Below, piece by piece: positions 63,070-64,000 of a stretch of DNA of 64,000 bases. Where the stretch lies: assembly GCF_963853765.1 (NCBI RefSeq), contig NC_088853.1, forward strand, positions 14,880,001 to 14,944,000, in the 5' to 3' direction. This DNA is from Magallana gigas (Eukaryota). Positions within the stretch are counted from its first letter, which is position 1; each line of letters starts with the position of its first letter. The notes under the pieces are model-generated. The model was not told the origin of the DNA. It searched no databases and saw only the letters and a list, made by a program, of their open reading frames with translations. The translations under genes were made by a program, and so were the position numbers.

Positions 63070-64000
63070 GGCGAACAACAAGTGTTAGGGTGTATAAGAA
63101 TCCCAACCAATGTAATAGTTTATATACATGTATTACAGTCACGTGATTCACGCTCTTCCTCCTTTCATCAAGAGAATGTTATCAACATACAAATTTAATT
63201 AAAAACGTTCAATCTTAAAGTATACCCTGGGCTGTTTGTGGCATTAAAAGTCGCAATACAGCTTCCACGGTATTCAATATCGTCTTGGTCGGCAAGTTTT
63301 TTTTTTGGCCAATGAGTTCAATGCAATGTAAAGTCCTTTAATGTCCGACGAAATGCGTTCTGCTCAGAAGAAGTTTTGAGCACTTTAAATCTTATATAAA
63401 TGATTTTTAAATTATGGTAGCAAATAAATATCTTACACAGTGACGGGTACATTAACTATTGTGAATTTTCCATCCATGTCCCTTTCTATTTCTTTCTTTC
63501 TTGAAAAAAAAACGGGTTTGAATAACAAACGTGATGTTTCCAAACATAACTCTGAGTGAAATCGAATGCTCTGAATTGTACGGGTTCCTATCTATCTCAC
63601 CAATGAATGGAAATAATTAACTTTAGGAAACATTTCATTACATTGATTTTTAATTAAAGTCACATAGGTGGAAACATCTTGTTTACATAAATGCGTGGGT
63701 AAAACTGGAGTTGTATGCACATTATTGACACATTTTTTTTTTCAATTCTTCAAAGGATCGGACTTATCTAAATACGTGGAGTAAAATTGCTAGTCGGTTA
63801 ATTGATTCTCTAAAAAAAAACTAATTAAAGTAGAAATAATATATGTTGAAATATTTGCAAGGTTAGTGTATAAATCATACACATGTAAAAGAAATCTAGA
63901 TAATCTCTTAACTTCTTACTCGTATGTGCAGTTTAAAACAGATGAGTCGATTTTGAAAAAAAAAAAAAAATAAATAATGCATTGCATGTCTTTATGAATT

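Overview
AT-rich eukaryotic genomic DNA, most likely from an oyster (Crassostrea/Magallana). This is inferred from Cg170/HINE-type repeats and Cg-Prp-like peptide genes, not from a database search. There is no sign of prokaryotic sequence or CRISPR. All supported genes are intron-containing and on the minus strand, so the unspliced ORF track mostly misses them. (1) 1-4081: part of a gene made of an alternating array of phase-1 exons (8 A + 7 B copies, ~522-bp genomic unit) encoding ~52-aa Ser/Thr/Pro-rich repeats; it runs off the window start. (2) 13656-17347: a complete 8-exon gene for a 373-aa secreted protein with a signal peptide, a very basic Arg-rich segment, a Pro-rich linker and six EGF-like modules. 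(3) 21.1-63.1 kb: a cluster of about 11 small two-exon secreted-peptide gene models. Exon 1 encodes a signal peptide ending V/A-E/D-G, followed by a phase-1 intron. Exon 2 encodes highly divergent mature peptides: several with the Cg-Prp-like GPIRR..RPRP tail, others Tyr/His-rich or Lys/Arg-rich. Orphan terminal exons are also present. The cluster grew through ~3-kb tandem units and a ~16-21-kb tandem duplication (24.5-45.4 kb vs 46.7-62.8 kb) with a visible recombination junction; an uncollapsed-haplotype assembly artefact cannot be excluded. Interspersed are Penelope-like RT fragments, HINEs, MITEs, mini/microsatellites and three N gaps.
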